Source of the DNA: Gammaproteobacteria bacterium
GTDB taxonomy: Bacteria; Pseudomonadota; Gammaproteobacteria; UBA4575
NCBI GenBank assembly: GCA_028279275.1
Contig: JANQOB010000009.1
Location: forward strand, 200,781 to 264,780
Direction of reading: 5' to 3'
DNA length: 64,000 bases
The position numbers and the translations under genes were made by a program. Below, one piece after another: positions 32,851 to 43,026 of the stretch. The first letter of the stretch is position 1. Each line of letters begins with the position of its first letter. The notes beneath the pieces were generated by a model. That model saw only the letters and a program-made list of their open reading frames with translations. It made no database searches and had not been told where the DNA came from.

Positions 32851-34794
32851 TTATGCGGGTCCTAGTTGAGTAGAGTCGCTATCAATTTCAGAAGCAGGGT
32901 CCGGTAAATTTTCTTTCTGCCCTTTTTTCTCATTTCTTTGCGTGTATAAGCCTACAGCTAAAACCGTCATGATCGGACCAACGGAAGCAAGGGCTAAAAT
33001 TCCAAAACCGTCACTTACACCAGGAATATTCGCACCCACACCAAGGCCCATTGCTAATACAAGGGGTACCGTTATAGGGCCTGTGGTAACACCCGCGCTG
33101 TCCCAACCAAAATTAACAAAGCTGTTTGGTGCGCGCCAGGTAAGAATCAATACAAGTAAATAGGGTGGCATTAACATCCAAATTAAAGGTAAGTCGTAAG
33201 CCATTTTTACAATGCCTGCACCAATACCTAAGCCAACACCAATCGCTACAGCCTGCATTAACAATTTCTTTCGAAATGCACCCACTGTAATTCGTTCCAC
33301 AGTGTCACCCAATGCATTTAGAGCAGGTTCGGCAAGTGTTGCACCATAACCTAGGAAAAATGCAAAACCGATAGCAACTAACTTGCCTGCATGACCATCA
33401 CCAAATAAAGGTCCTTCTGCATGTTCAAAACCCCAAGGAACAATTTGTGCAAACGCTAGAGGAATATTACTGCCTAACTGCCCACCAAGTGGGGTAAGAC
33501 CAAGCGCGATACCAAGGCCAAACAGTGCCATGCCTACGAGTGCAAAGGTCACTCCGATACCTACATCACTGTCTTTATCTAAACGTTGTTTGAGTATTAA
33601 GCGTAAAACAAAATATAAAAACAAACATAAGGGGATAATTGCGCGAAGTGCTCCTACAAATGCTTCCCACAATTGATCTGTAAGAGAAGTTTCCTTATCC
33701 CATGTTTTATCACTAATTAATTCAAAATCTCGGGTATATATTTTTTTAACAACAAGATTTGGATCTGTTACAACAATTTTTCCATCTACAAGTTCTGCTT
33801 TTCCGCCATCAAAATCTAACTCATAGCCGTTAGGTAAGGCACCTGTTTCTAGGTAAGTCGCAAATTCTTCATCCGTAATGGCTTCTAATTTAGGGTCTAG
33901 TGCTTTCGAATTGTTAGCAGTCTCTGTTTGGGTCTGAAGAATTTCAGTGCCTTTGTAATTTGAAGCACCATAATAGTCATTATTTGTATAGTGATATAAA
34001 GCGAGTAGCAGTACGGCCAGAATAGGGAATAGAGAGGCTAGTGTGACAATTCCAAATCCAGAATGACCGCTGCCCCCGGAACCGCTACTCACAACTCGAC
34101 AAACACCAATTCCTAAAGCAAGCACTAGAGGAACGGTTACAGGACCCGTGGTTACTGCACCACAATCCCAAGCTAAACCTAAAACATCACGTAATTCTGG
34201 AACTTGACTAAAATAAAAAGATATTGCTAATAAACAGAGTACTGCGGGGATGGCTAGAAATTTCAATGGCCATGCGTAAAAAAATCGCAACACCCCTAAC
34301 ATAACCGCAAGGCCGACACCTACACCTACACTTGTTACAAGTTGATTAGAAAAATCATTCAGCAAGCTGTATAACAATGGTGCTTCACTCGCAATAACGC
34401 CACTTCCTGCTGCTTTAAGAACTGCTATAGCTGGTTCTGCAAAAGTAGCTCCTGCACCAAGCAAGAATGCAAAAAGTAAAATAAGTGGCATGCCACTTTT
34501 GCGTGGCAACATACTTCCGATTATTTCACCTAACGGCATGAGGCCCAGTCGTAAGCCCTCCATGAAAAACATTAAACCGATTGCAACAATGAATATTCCA
34601 ACTGCAATCATTGCTGCGTATACGATGGGTAGTTGTAAAACGAGTAATTGGAAAATGATGAGATAAAAAACGATAAACCAAATGCCTTCAACCTGGCTTA
34701 TAAAATTCCTTTTTCCATAAGGCCATAAAATTCGAAATGTGTCACGTAGACCCAAACGAAAACGAGGGTTATTCTGAAGCTTAGAGGTTGCCAT
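32851..34794 (-). CDS. internally duplicated DUF1538-type polytopic membrane protein (putative transporter)
   Basis: 647 aa. Two homologous halves: FAEPAIAVLKAAG.../DCGAVTTGPVTVPLVLALGIGV versus LAEPALNALGDTVE.../DSAGVTTGPITVPLVLAMGLGV, and GLRLGLMPLGE versus GIALGLTPLGGQLG. The halves are separated by a ~100-aa soluble insert. Confidence 0.6.
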   Translation of the reverse strand: MATSKLQNNPRFRLGLRDTFRILWPYGKRNFISQVEGIWFIVFYLIIFQLLVLQLPIVYAAMIAVGIFIVAIGLMFFMEGLRLGLMPLGEIIGSMLPRKSGMPLILLFAFLLGAGATFAEPAIAVLKAAGSGVIASEAPLLYSLLNDFSNQLVTSVGVGVGLAVMLGVLRFFYAWPLKFLAIPAVLCLLAISFYFSQVPELRDVLGLAWDCGAVTTGPVTVPLVLALGIGVCRVVSSGSGGSGHSGFGIVTLASLFPILAVLLLALYHYTNNDYYGASNYKGTEILQTQTETANNSKALDPKLEAITDEEFATYLETGALPNGYELDFDGGKAELVDGKIVVTDPNLVVKKIYTRDFELISDKTWDKETSLTDQLWEAFVGALRAIIPLCLFLYFVLRLILKQRLDKDSDVGIGVTFALVGMALFGLGIALGLTPLGGQLGSNIPLAFAQIVPWGFEHAEGPLFGDGHAGKLVAIGFAFFLGYGATLAEPALNALGDTVERITVGAFRKKLLMQAVAIGVGLGIGAGIVKMAYDLPLIWMLMPPYLLVLILTWRAPNSFVNFGWDSAGVTTGPITVPLVLAMGLGVGANIPGVSDGFGILALASVGPIMTVLAVGLYTQRNEKKGQKENLPDPASEIDSDSTQLGPA

Positions 34795-35082
34795 TTTTTA
34801 TAAATTCGAATTAAGTTATTGAGTTTTATCGGCGGTAGCCAATATTCCTTAAATCAAACTCTGAAATGGAGCTGGAGCGTTAATAGTTAAAATATTGAAA
34901 TGTGCAAATATAAGAAAGAGGAATAATGAGTGAAGGATTGGGTATTTATGATAGTTTCATCGGCTTTTTTATACATGTTGGTACGCACAGCTTGACCCTG
35001 AAAGACCCTGCGTAAACAATTGAATTTTAATAGAATAATGATTATTCAATAATCTTAAGCGATATCAACTAGGGAAATATTC

Positions 35083-35505
35083 GTGTCCGTATTAGAGACC
35101 CTTATCGGTAAGAGGAAACCGAAGTTTGATACTTACGACGTCATCTTAGATTTGCTTCAAAAATTTATGATTGAGAGTAAATCTCAAGCATCTATGCGCA
35201 GCTTTACACCACCTCAACAAGTTATGTTGACGATGTATACATTTGGCGCGCTTACATTCCTATCAGAGTTTAATGAAGTTCCAGAAGCGGAACATATTTT
35301 AGTGCTGGACACTTACTTGCAGCGCCAAGGTTTAACCGACAAACAATCGGTAACAGAAGCAAGAACTATAATTGAGCAAGCTAAAGATTCCAGTATGCAC
35401 TGGGGTGTCGAAATTGGTTATAACACTGCGATGTATTGGCATAAAGAAAAAGATGCAAATGCGCCTAAAGCACTTGCACGTCTATTAAAAACGACACGCA
35501 AATAA
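35083..35505 (+). CDS. hypothetical protein
   Basis: 140-aa ORF with a GTG start at 35083 and no recognised domain. Confidence 0.45.
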   Translation: MSVLETLIGKRKPKFDTYDVILDLLQKFMIESKSQASMRSFTPPQQVMLTMYTFGALTFLSEFNEVPEAEHILVLDTYLQRQGLTDKQSVTEARTIIEQAKDSSMHWGVEIGYNTAMYWHKEKDANAPKALARLLKTTRK

Positions 35506-35542
35506 AAAAAAGTTCTTATTGTATTTAAAGTTTTATAGTGGG

Positions 35543-36235
35543 TTATCCACCACTTTTGATTGCAAGGTTGGCTACTGCATTCCGCAAATTGTCAGCATGT
35601 GAATTGGTTGCGGATCTTTCAATTAAAATTTCTCGTGGAGATGTTTGGTCTCCGTAATAATCATGATTCCAGTCGTTACGTGTTTTGAGTACAGCACCTT
35701 CAATATTAATGCCACCATATATTCCTTTGGTTCTTGAAAACGCTAGAATATCTGCCGTTTGTGCTTTTGCTCCCGCACCTATCGGACCTGCAGCAATGCT
35801 GACATCTCCTCCTAGTTTGAAGGAAGATGTGAGTAAAGCATCAACACCTTTGTCGGTCATTATCATGAGAATAATTTCTGATACCTCAACACCAATTTGA
35901 AAACCTACCGTGCCAGAACCCATGGTATAAAATGCAGGATCGCTCCAAATGTTGCCATCTCCTTTTACTAGCAATACACCGCTCCCTCCTGAGCCACCAA
36001 AAATGAGTCCGCCTTTTACTAGTGAGGGAACAATCAAAACACCTTTAGCTTTACTCATATTGTCACGAAACCACGTCATATCGGGGTCAATCGTAAATGT
36101 ATTAACTGACTCAGCTGCAGCATCGACTAATGCTTCTGCAGTTGCAGTAGACGCATTTATTTGTGAAGAAGAAACAAATAGAAAACATGTAAATACGGAT
36201 AATGTTAAGAAATATTTACGAGCAATCTTATTCAT
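35543..36235 (-). CDS. exported SYLF (Ysc84/DUF500) lipid-binding domain protein
   Basis: Signal peptide, then LIFGGSGGSGVLLVKGDGNIWSDPAFYTMGSGTVGFQIG...LGGDVSIAAGPIG...GIYGGINIEGAVL, the bacterial SYLF-domain pattern. Confidence 0.7.
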   Translation of the reverse strand: MNKIARKYFLTLSVFTCFLFVSSSQINASTATAEALVDAAAESVNTFTIDPDMTWFRDNMSKAKGVLIVPSLVKGGLIFGGSGGSGVLLVKGDGNIWSDPAFYTMGSGTVGFQIGVEVSEIILMIMTDKGVDALLTSSFKLGGDVSIAAGPIGAGAKAQTADILAFSRTKGIYGGINIEGAVLKTRNDWNHDYYGDQTSPREILIERSATNSHADNLRNAVANLAIKSGG

Positions 36236-36326
36236 TTGAATAACCTTTATATTAGGAGAGTTATTTTTTTCTAATTATAACCTTAAACCACAGCAATGCG
36301 ATAAAGTTCAATTTTTTCAAATAAAT

Positions 36327-37079
36327 TTACCATTCTCTTATATAACGTTTAGCCCAACACGCAATATTTTCGGCAATATATTCTGCATCCGTTTTTCTGG
36401 ATATTAAATGATCAGTTTCATCTAAAGAGATAAAGCTTTTGGGGTGTTTGGCTTCCACGAAAATTTTAGCTGCTTCGTCGATTGAAACAATGTCATCGAA
36501 TGGGGAATGAAAAATAAGAATTGGTTTATTTAATTTTTTAATAAACGGTTTCTCGTCGTAGCTTTTTAAGTCCTGAATATATTCCTTGGTAAGTCTAAAG
36601 GGTCGATCAAATATACTTACATCTTCAAAACCCTGTTTTAAAATTTTAGGAATATGTTGTTCAAAGTGGTCAAGCACATGCGCAGGGCGACTAGGAGAGG
36701 CAATAGTAGTTACGGCTTGAATTTCATCTAATTCACAAGCAGCCGCGGTTGCTGCAATACCGCCTAGGCTGTGCCCTATGAGTAGTTGGGGTTTTTGATA
36801 ATTATTCGTTAAGAATTCTACTGCTGCTTTAATATCATTAATATTGCTAGAGAAGTCTGTATTAGAAAAATCTCCCTGACTTTTTCCAAGTCCTGTAAAA
36901 TCAAAACGTAATACTTGTATGCCTTGTTTGGCTAGTGCTTTACAAATGCGGTAGCTTGCAGCATGGTCCTTAGAGCATGTGAAGCAATGGGTAAAAATGG
37001 CCTGTACTCTCGGTATGTCAACTTCATCGATAACTCCTGCAAGGATTTCACCGTTATTATTTGAAAATGTAACATCCAT
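36327..37079 (-). CDS. alpha/beta-fold hydrolase
   Basis: Nucleophile elbow GHSLGG. Candidate catalytic Asp (HSPFDD) and His (DHL). Confidence 0.75.
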   Translation of the reverse strand: MDVTFSNNNGEILAGVIDEVDIPRVQAIFTHCFTCSKDHAASYRICKALAKQGIQVLRFDFTGLGKSQGDFSNTDFSSNINDIKAAVEFLTNNYQKPQLLIGHSLGGIAATAAACELDEIQAVTTIASPSRPAHVLDHFEQHIPKILKQGFEDVSIFDRPFRLTKEYIQDLKSYDEKPFIKKLNKPILIFHSPFDDIVSIDEAAKIFVEAKHPKSFISLDETDHLISRKTDAEYIAENIACWAKRYIREW

Positions 37080-37221
37080 GTATAAATTAGCGATTTTTTA
37101 ATTTGGGTGGGTACACTTTGCTATGAGTTAAACTTTCTTCTATATTCGCCAATAATTCTACATCTTTGATTAATTAAGTCTATTATTCGTTATGTTGGAT
37201 ACTTTAAGACTGGAGGAACAA

Positions 37222-37581
37222 ATGAAAACTATTTTTTTCACTATATGCGTATTTATGTTTTTTGTTACATCTGTGAATGCAACGGTGTATCACTTTTTCA
37301 ATGGAAAAGGTATCACAGAAGCGGCTATGGAATGGGAAGAGGCACGAACAAACTCAAAGGAGGTAGATTTATTATTGGTTTCAGAATATGTGGGCTATGT
37401 GGGGGCGTTATTTGATCACTTATCTGAAAAACAACATATTTGTACGCCAGATGAAATTACTAAAAATGATGTTCTACAAGTTGTATCTGACTATTTGAAA
37501 TATATGATAAAAGGGTCAAAAAATGCTGGTTCAGTTCAGGTAGAAGCAGCACTTTACAAACAGTATTCCTGTACGAAATAG
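37222..37581 (+). CDS. small periplasmic protein, Rap1a/Tai4-like (putative orphan immunity protein)
   Basis: Signal peptide MKTIFFTICVFMFFVTSVNA. Pattern SEYVGYVGALFD...ICTPDEITKNDVLQVVSDYLK...C resembles the Rap1a family (GYIxGVxD...CxP...Q..VV.YL...C). Confidence 0.35.
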   Translation: MKTIFFTICVFMFFVTSVNATVYHFFNGKGITEAAMEWEEARTNSKEVDLLLVSEYVGYVGALFDHLSEKQHICTPDEITKNDVLQVVSDYLKYMIKGSKNAGSVQVEAALYKQYSCTK

Positions 37582-37632
37582 GAAATTTTAATAAAACATT
37601 TTTATATTGTGGCTAAAAACGAGGAGTTGGTA

Positions 37633-38436
37633 ATGAGATATTTAAGTTTATTTTTTGTGTTAGTTCTATTTGGATTAGATGTTCACGCAGAGGATTCGAT
37701 TGAAACTAATATCATTACACAAGAAATTGACTATGAAGTTGGTGATACAAAGTTAACAGGGTATTTAGCTTTTGATGCATCAACGGATGAAAAGCGCCCG
37801 GGCGTACTCGTTGTGCATGAGTGGTGGGGGCACAATCAATATGCCAGAACTCGTGCTGAAATGTTGGCAAAGCTTGGTTACGTGGCATTCGCTGTCGATA
37901 TGTATGGTGATGGCAAGTTAGCAGAGCATCCCGATGATGCTGGTAAATTTATGCAAGAAGTAACCAGCAATATATCGTTAGCAGAAAAGCGAATGGAGGC
38001 TGCACTTGATGTATTACATCAGCAGCCAGTAGTAGACACTTCAAAAACTGCCGCTATCGGATATTGTTTTGGTGGGGCAATGGTGTTGCACATGGCACGT
38101 ATTGGTACTGATATTGATGGCGTAGTCAGTTTTCATGGGAGCTTGAGTACAGAGAACCCTGCACAAAAAGATGCTGTTAAAGCAAGAGTATTAGTATTGC
38201 ATGGAGATGCAGATCCATTTATTCCCAAGGAACAAGTCGATGCTTTTAAAGAAGAGATGCAAAATGCTGGAGTGAGTTATGAGTTTGTTGCTTATCCAAA
38301 TGTAAAGCATAGTTTTACCAACCCACAGGCTGATGAATTCAGCGAGAAGTTTGATTTACCCGCTTTAGAATATGACCAGCATGCTGATGAAGATTCATGG
38401 CGACGCATGCAAGCTTTTTTTGAGTGGATTTTTTAA
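37633..38436 (+). CDS. secreted dienelactone hydrolase family protein
   Basis: GAGGAG Shine-Dalgarno then ATG at 37633. Signal peptide. VLVVHEWWGHNQYARTRAEMLAKLGYVAFAVDMYGDG is a DLH signature. Confidence 0.8.
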   Translation: MRYLSLFFVLVLFGLDVHAEDSIETNIITQEIDYEVGDTKLTGYLAFDASTDEKRPGVLVVHEWWGHNQYARTRAEMLAKLGYVAFAVDMYGDGKLAEHPDDAGKFMQEVTSNISLAEKRMEAALDVLHQQPVVDTSKTAAIGYCFGGAMVLHMARIGTDIDGVVSFHGSLSTENPAQKDAVKARVLVLHGDADPFIPKEQVDAFKEEMQNAGVSYEFVAYPNVKHSFTNPQADEFSEKFDLPALEYDQHADEDSWRRMQAFFEWIF

Positions 38437-38490
38437 TGAATATTAATTAAATGTTTAAATCTGTTACTTATCTATAAAGTATTTCTGCAT

Positions 38491-38524
38491 AAAAAAAGCC
38501 CCTAGAAAGGGGCTTTTTTATTTT
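38491..38524. terminator. bidirectional Rho-independent terminator (DLH gene / pckG)
   Basis: AAAAAAA-GCCCCT-agaaa-AGGGGC-TTTTTTATTTT. Confidence 0.75.
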
Positions 38525-38538
38525 AAAAAATAATTAGC

Positions 38539-40296
38539 TTAGGCAGCTTTACTTTGTAAAGCGCTCGAAATTTTTGCTAATTCATCTTTCAAGGTCTGTG
38601 GTGTACGCGCACCAAATTCATCAAGATATTCACTAATAGCTTGAACTTCATCTTGCCATTGAGCAACGTTAACACTTAAAAGTGCTTCCATTGTTTCTTT
38701 AGAAACGTCGAGGCCTTCAATGTCAATATCATCCACATTTGGCAAGTAACCAATTGGTGTTTCACGCGCATCCACTTTTCCTGTTACGCGATCAAGTACC
38801 CAAGCAAGTACTCTCATGTTTTCACCAAAACCAGGCCACATAAATTTGCCGTCCTGGTCGCGACGGAACCAATTAACGTGGAACAATTTTGGTAACTTGT
38901 CAGATTTAGGTCCAAAGGTTAACCAATGCGCAAAATAATCTGCGAAGTTATATCCACAGAATGGTTTCATTGCCATGGGGTCACGACGCACTTGACCGGC
39001 ACCACCAATTGCAGCCGCAGTCATCTCAGAGGCACAAGAAGCACCTACTAACACTCCGTGTTCCCAATCTTTGGCTTCATATACAAGAGGAGCCAATTCT
39101 TTTCGTCGACCACCAAATATGATTGCACTAATCGGCACACCGTTTGGATCATCTGCCATAGGTGAATAAACTGGGTTGTTTTTTGCTGAAACCGTAAAGC
39201 GTGAGTTTGGATGTGCGGCTGGTCCTACTTCAGGATCATAAGGATTCCCTTTCCAATCCGTTACGGGCTCCATACCGTCATCTTTATCTTCCCACCAAGG
39301 TTGGTTATCTGCTGTCACGCCAGCATTTGTAAAAATTGCATCCGATTTTAAACATTCATATGCGTTTTTATTTGACCATTCGTTAGTGCCCGGAATCACA
39401 CCAAAGTAACCAGACTCAGGGTTGATCGCCCATAAGCGACCATCTTCACGTAAATGTAACCAACAAATGTCATCACCTACTGTTGTTACTTTCCAGCCAT
39501 TGTATTGTTCAGGTGGAATTAACATTGCAAGGTTGGTTTTTCCGCATGCAGAAGGGAATGCGCATGCAACGTAATGGGTTTCACCTTCAGGACTTTCAAG
39601 ACCCATAATTAACATATGTTCTGCGAGCCAGCCCTCTGTTCTTGCTTGCCAGCTAGCAATGCGAAGTGCATGACACTTCTTACCAAGCAGTGCATTACCA
39701 CCGTAACCAGAACCGATACTTCTAATAAGAAGTTCTTCTGGGAAATGCATAATGAAACGTTTTTCAGGATCTAAGTCACCTGTTGAATGCACGCCTTTTA
39801 CAAATGTGCCTTCTTTTTCAATTCTCTTTAAAGCGGGGGTTCCAATGCGTGCCATAATTTTCATATTGGCTACCACATATGGGCTATCGGTAATTTCTAC
39901 ACCATTACGTGAAAGTGGAGAATCAATGGGGCCCATGCAATAGGGAATAACATACATGGTACGACCCTGCATGCAGCCATCGAATAATTCATCTAATTTT
40001 TTAGTTGCTTCTACGGGGTCCATCCAGTGATTATTCGGGCCCGCATCTTCTTCATTTTTTGAACAAACAAATGTTAAGTGTTCAACACGTGCAACATCAG
40101 AAGGATCTGATCGATGTAGGTAACAATTAGGGTGAGTTTCTTCATTGAGTTTAAGCAGCGTTCCAGATTCCAACATCATGTCTACCATTCGGTTATATTC
40201 TTCATCGCTGCCATCACACCAAACAATATTATCTGGTTTGGTAAGTGCCGCTGTTTCCTCTACCCATTTTGCCAAGGCATCATTCGTCGTACTCAT
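38539..40296 (-). CDS. pckG: phosphoenolpyruvate carboxykinase (GTP)
   Basis: 585 aa. Kinase-1a-like GWLAEHMLI and FPSACGKTN, typical of the GTP-dependent PEPCK family. Confidence 0.9.
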   Translation of the reverse strand: MSTTNDALAKWVEETAALTKPDNIVWCDGSDEEYNRMVDMMLESGTLLKLNEETHPNCYLHRSDPSDVARVEHLTFVCSKNEEDAGPNNHWMDPVEATKKLDELFDGCMQGRTMYVIPYCMGPIDSPLSRNGVEITDSPYVVANMKIMARIGTPALKRIEKEGTFVKGVHSTGDLDPEKRFIMHFPEELLIRSIGSGYGGNALLGKKCHALRIASWQARTEGWLAEHMLIMGLESPEGETHYVACAFPSACGKTNLAMLIPPEQYNGWKVTTVGDDICWLHLREDGRLWAINPESGYFGVIPGTNEWSNKNAYECLKSDAIFTNAGVTADNQPWWEDKDDGMEPVTDWKGNPYDPEVGPAAHPNSRFTVSAKNNPVYSPMADDPNGVPISAIIFGGRRKELAPLVYEAKDWEHGVLVGASCASEMTAAAIGGAGQVRRDPMAMKPFCGYNFADYFAHWLTFGPKSDKLPKLFHVNWFRRDQDGKFMWPGFGENMRVLAWVLDRVTGKVDARETPIGYLPNVDDIDIEGLDVSKETMEALLSVNVAQWQDEVQAISEYLDEFGARTPQTLKDELAKISSALQSKAA

Positions 40297-40519
40297 CTGT
40301 AATTCCTTGTTTTAATTGAAAGTTATGAGACTTGTTTTGTAATTATTATTATTAGCAACAAGCTAAAAAATTCGGAGTTCCCGATTATACATAGCGAAGA
40401 TGAAGATTTAAGCTTATGGAAAGATTAATTATGAGGATACCAAGTCTTATATCTCATAATAGGTATGAATTTGTGTTTAATTTTTAGCCAAACACATTAA
40501 GTGCATAGAAAACGTGGAA

Positions 40520-41077
40520 TTAAATCGGTCCGACCATAAGAATCATTAAACCTGGCGGGATTTGATTGGGTGACATGCTTTGATGCGCTTCATTCATTTC
40601 GATCGACAGAGAAAGACCAGAATTTTTACATTTTTCATTTAAATTTTTATTTGTACTGATGTTACTTTGTTTAGGTAAAGTCATTCCAGCAGCAAGATGT
40701 AATTTAGGATTAAGCGAACTTTGGTCTTCTAAAAAGATTTTGTATGGAAAAGAATCGTTCGAAAGTGTTGATGAGATTTTATCAACCTTTAACTCATAAG
40801 GTACTCCAGCGTTTTGATCAAAGCCATGGTGAGTAATACAAAATAGTTTTGAATTTACAGGTTCAAGTATTTTTGACTGATCCAATAATAATTCACTTGG
40901 ACTCACGGTATTGAGTGTTTGACTGACGTAAACTGAAATATCAACTGATGCAGTAGAAGACTTGCCTCGTTTACCTTGTGAAGCCGCTAATACCGCATTA
41001 CTTGTGAATACAAGTAATGATAATAAAAGAAATAATTTAAGTGTTAATTTTAAATTAATTTTTACGGTAGTATCCAT
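40520..41077 (-). CDS. hypothetical exported protein
   Basis: Signal peptide MDTTVKINLKLTLKLFLLLSLLVFTSNAVLAA; Ser/Asn-rich. Followed by a 465-bp AT-rich spacer. Confidence 0.45.
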   Translation of the reverse strand: MDTTVKINLKLTLKLFLLLSLLVFTSNAVLAASQGKRGKSSTASVDISVYVSQTLNTVSPSELLLDQSKILEPVNSKLFCITHHGFDQNAGVPYELKVDKISSTLSNDSFPYKIFLEDQSSLNPKLHLAAGMTLPKQSNISTNKNLNEKCKNSGLSLSIEMNEAHQSMSPNQIPPGLMILMVGPI

Positions 41078-41570
41078 CTCACATTTCCAATATGCAAAGT
41101 ACACAGAAATGTGAGACCACTCGAAGAGATATATTGAATAACTATCTCGCTGCTTTATTCGGCGGTCCCGCTGCCTTAGATATTTTTTATTTGCGCACTT
41201 TTGACACGCAGCTTAGAAAAATAACCTTAGGTCGGTGACTTTGCGTCCCCATCTTTCAATGGGTTTGCCCTTTACATTTCTATGTAACGGCACCAACTGA
41301 ATAAAGTTGATTAATTGTTATTGTTTTAAACGATAATAAAAATCATTACATATAACTCTTCTAGCAAACAAGTAACCTTATAATTTGATTAGAGTTACAT
41401 GATAAATAGTAATGATTAAATAAATTAAAATGTTTTTTGAGAATGTGTAACGAATTAATTTTACTTATGTTTATTTGCTTAGATTTTTTACTAAAAATGT
41501 GAGCAAATTCCGTTATAGTTGGTAACGTATTGAAAATTTTCTTTCAAAATCATTCAAAAGGAGAGTAAAT

Positions 41571-41897
41571 ATGCACAAAAAACTTTGGATTTTAATATTT
41601 ACTGCAATATTAATAGTGCCTTTTAATACATTTGCAGGTGGTTCCTCGCATATTCACTATAGCTATCATTCATATGGGTTTGCAGAATCAGGTTCTGCCG
41701 AGGCTATGGTGGCAGACGTAGTGATTGCAAGACCTATAGGCTTGGTGTCAACAGTAGTCGGTTCTGCTATTTATGTTGTCTCACTACCTTTTAGTTTGTT
41801 AGGTGGAAACGAAAAGCAAGCCAGAGAAAAGTTAGTTAAAGAACCAACAGCATTTACATTTAAGCGGCCTTTGGGAGAATTTGAAAGTTTGGATTGA
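41571..41897 (+). CDS. hypothetical small exported/membrane protein with glycine-zipper-like segment
   Basis: AAGGAGAG Shine-Dalgarno, signal peptide, GLVSTVVGSAIYVVSLPFSLLGG. Confidence 0.5.
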   Translation: MHKKLWILIFTAILIVPFNTFAGGSSHIHYSYHSYGFAESGSAEAMVADVVIARPIGLVSTVVGSAIYVVSLPFSLLGGNEKQAREKLVKEPTAFTFKRPLGEFESLD

Positions 41898-41916
41898 GTG
41901 ATAAGAAATTAATAAA

Positions 41917-43026
41917 TTATATTGTGCTATGTAATACGACTTTGTTACGGCCATCTTGCTTTGCTTGATATAGGGCTTTGTCTGCTTTGCGTAATAATTC
42001 GCGCCCTAAGTCAAATGTATTCTTTTTAGTATCAGGCTTTTCTAGTGTAGATACACCGATTGAAACCGTTAGTGAACAATCTTCTCCATCAACAAAAGTA
42101 GTTTCAGAGATGCTCTGTTGTATTCGTTGAGCGACTTCTTCAGCATAATCTTGTCCAGATTGTTCTAACAAGACAGCAAATTCTTCTCCTCCATAACGTG
42201 CTACTACGTCTATATTGCGAAGCTGCGCGCGGATTAATTCAGCCACTTTAGTCAAGACGGTATCTCCTGTCTCATGCCCGAAGCTGTCATTGACTACTTT
42301 GAAGTGATCAATATCGATAAACAAACAGCTTACTGACGATTGCAAACGTTGTGCGCGGGAAAGTTCTTCATTTAAACGTTGATCGAAAAACCTTCGATTA
42401 TTTACTCCGGTTAAAGCGTCCGTTAAACCTGCCTGCTTGAGTTTTTCTTGCGCAATAGTAGTGTCTAGACAAGTAGCTAAAACGGCTGCTAGATGTTCGA
42501 GAAAATCAGTAGCGTCTTGCTTATTAAATCTGTGCAGTTGAAAACTTCCTAAGTTAAGGCTGCCTAATAATTTATTTTTTCGAAATAGTGGTAATAAAGC
42601 CACACTGCGAGGATATTTTCGATCACTTAAAAATAAATCCTCATGATGATTGATATCAAAAGCGCCGAGTAGGGGTTTTTTGTATCGTCCATAATATTTT
42701 TTTAGGTTTAAGATATCACTTGTAAAGATTAGTTCTGGATAGCGGCTAGTGTCTTCGCCCACATCACGTAACAATCTTTTAATATCTTGATGTTCGTCGT
42801 GTAAGACAATAGTTAACACATCCCAACCAAAAGTGGATTTACTCTTATGTGCAATTAGCTGCATGAGCTCAGCAAGAGAACTACAACTTAATAGTCTCAA
42901 TTCTAAGTTTTGAAATTTACGCAAGGTGACTTCGTTTCTGCGTGCATCATGCACTAATGACTCAAGTCGACTGCGTAATGCGTCAATCTCAGTTAATTCT
43001 TCTTCAAGGTTAGGGAGTGTAGACAT
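41917..43026 (-). CDS. diguanylate cyclase (sensor domain + GGDEF)
   Basis: RYGGEEF active-site motif. Start codon abuts the stop of the upstream EAL gene. Confidence 0.85.
   Translation of the reverse strand: MSTLPNLEEELTEIDALRSRLESLVHDARRNEVTLRKFQNLELRLLSCSSLAELMQLIAHKSKSTFGWDVLTIVLHDEHQDIKRLLRDVGEDTSRYPELIFTSDILNLKKYYGRYKKPLLGAFDINHHEDLFLSDRKYPRSVALLPLFRKNKLLGSLNLGSFQLHRFNKQDATDFLEHLAAVLATCLDTTIAQEKLKQAGLTDALTGVNNRRFFDQRLNEELSRAQRLQSSVSCLFIDIDHFKVVNDSFGHETGDTVLTKVAELIRAQLRNIDVVARYGGEEFAVLLEQSGQDYAEEVAQRIQQSISETTFVDGEDCSLTVSIGVSTLEKPDTKKNTFDLGRELLRKADKALYQAKQDGRNKVVLHSTI

Noticed and set aside
41105-41570. 465-bp AT-rich spacer (and 409-bp spacer at 24069-24477) as an sRNA locus (RsmY/Z, 6S, tmRNA, RNase P)
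   Set aside because: No conserved cores seen: no tmRNA 3' tRNA-like end, no RNase P GGAAAGUCCGGGCUCC box, no clustered GGA stem-loops. They may still hold promoters or novel sRNAs, but nothing supportable from sequence alone.
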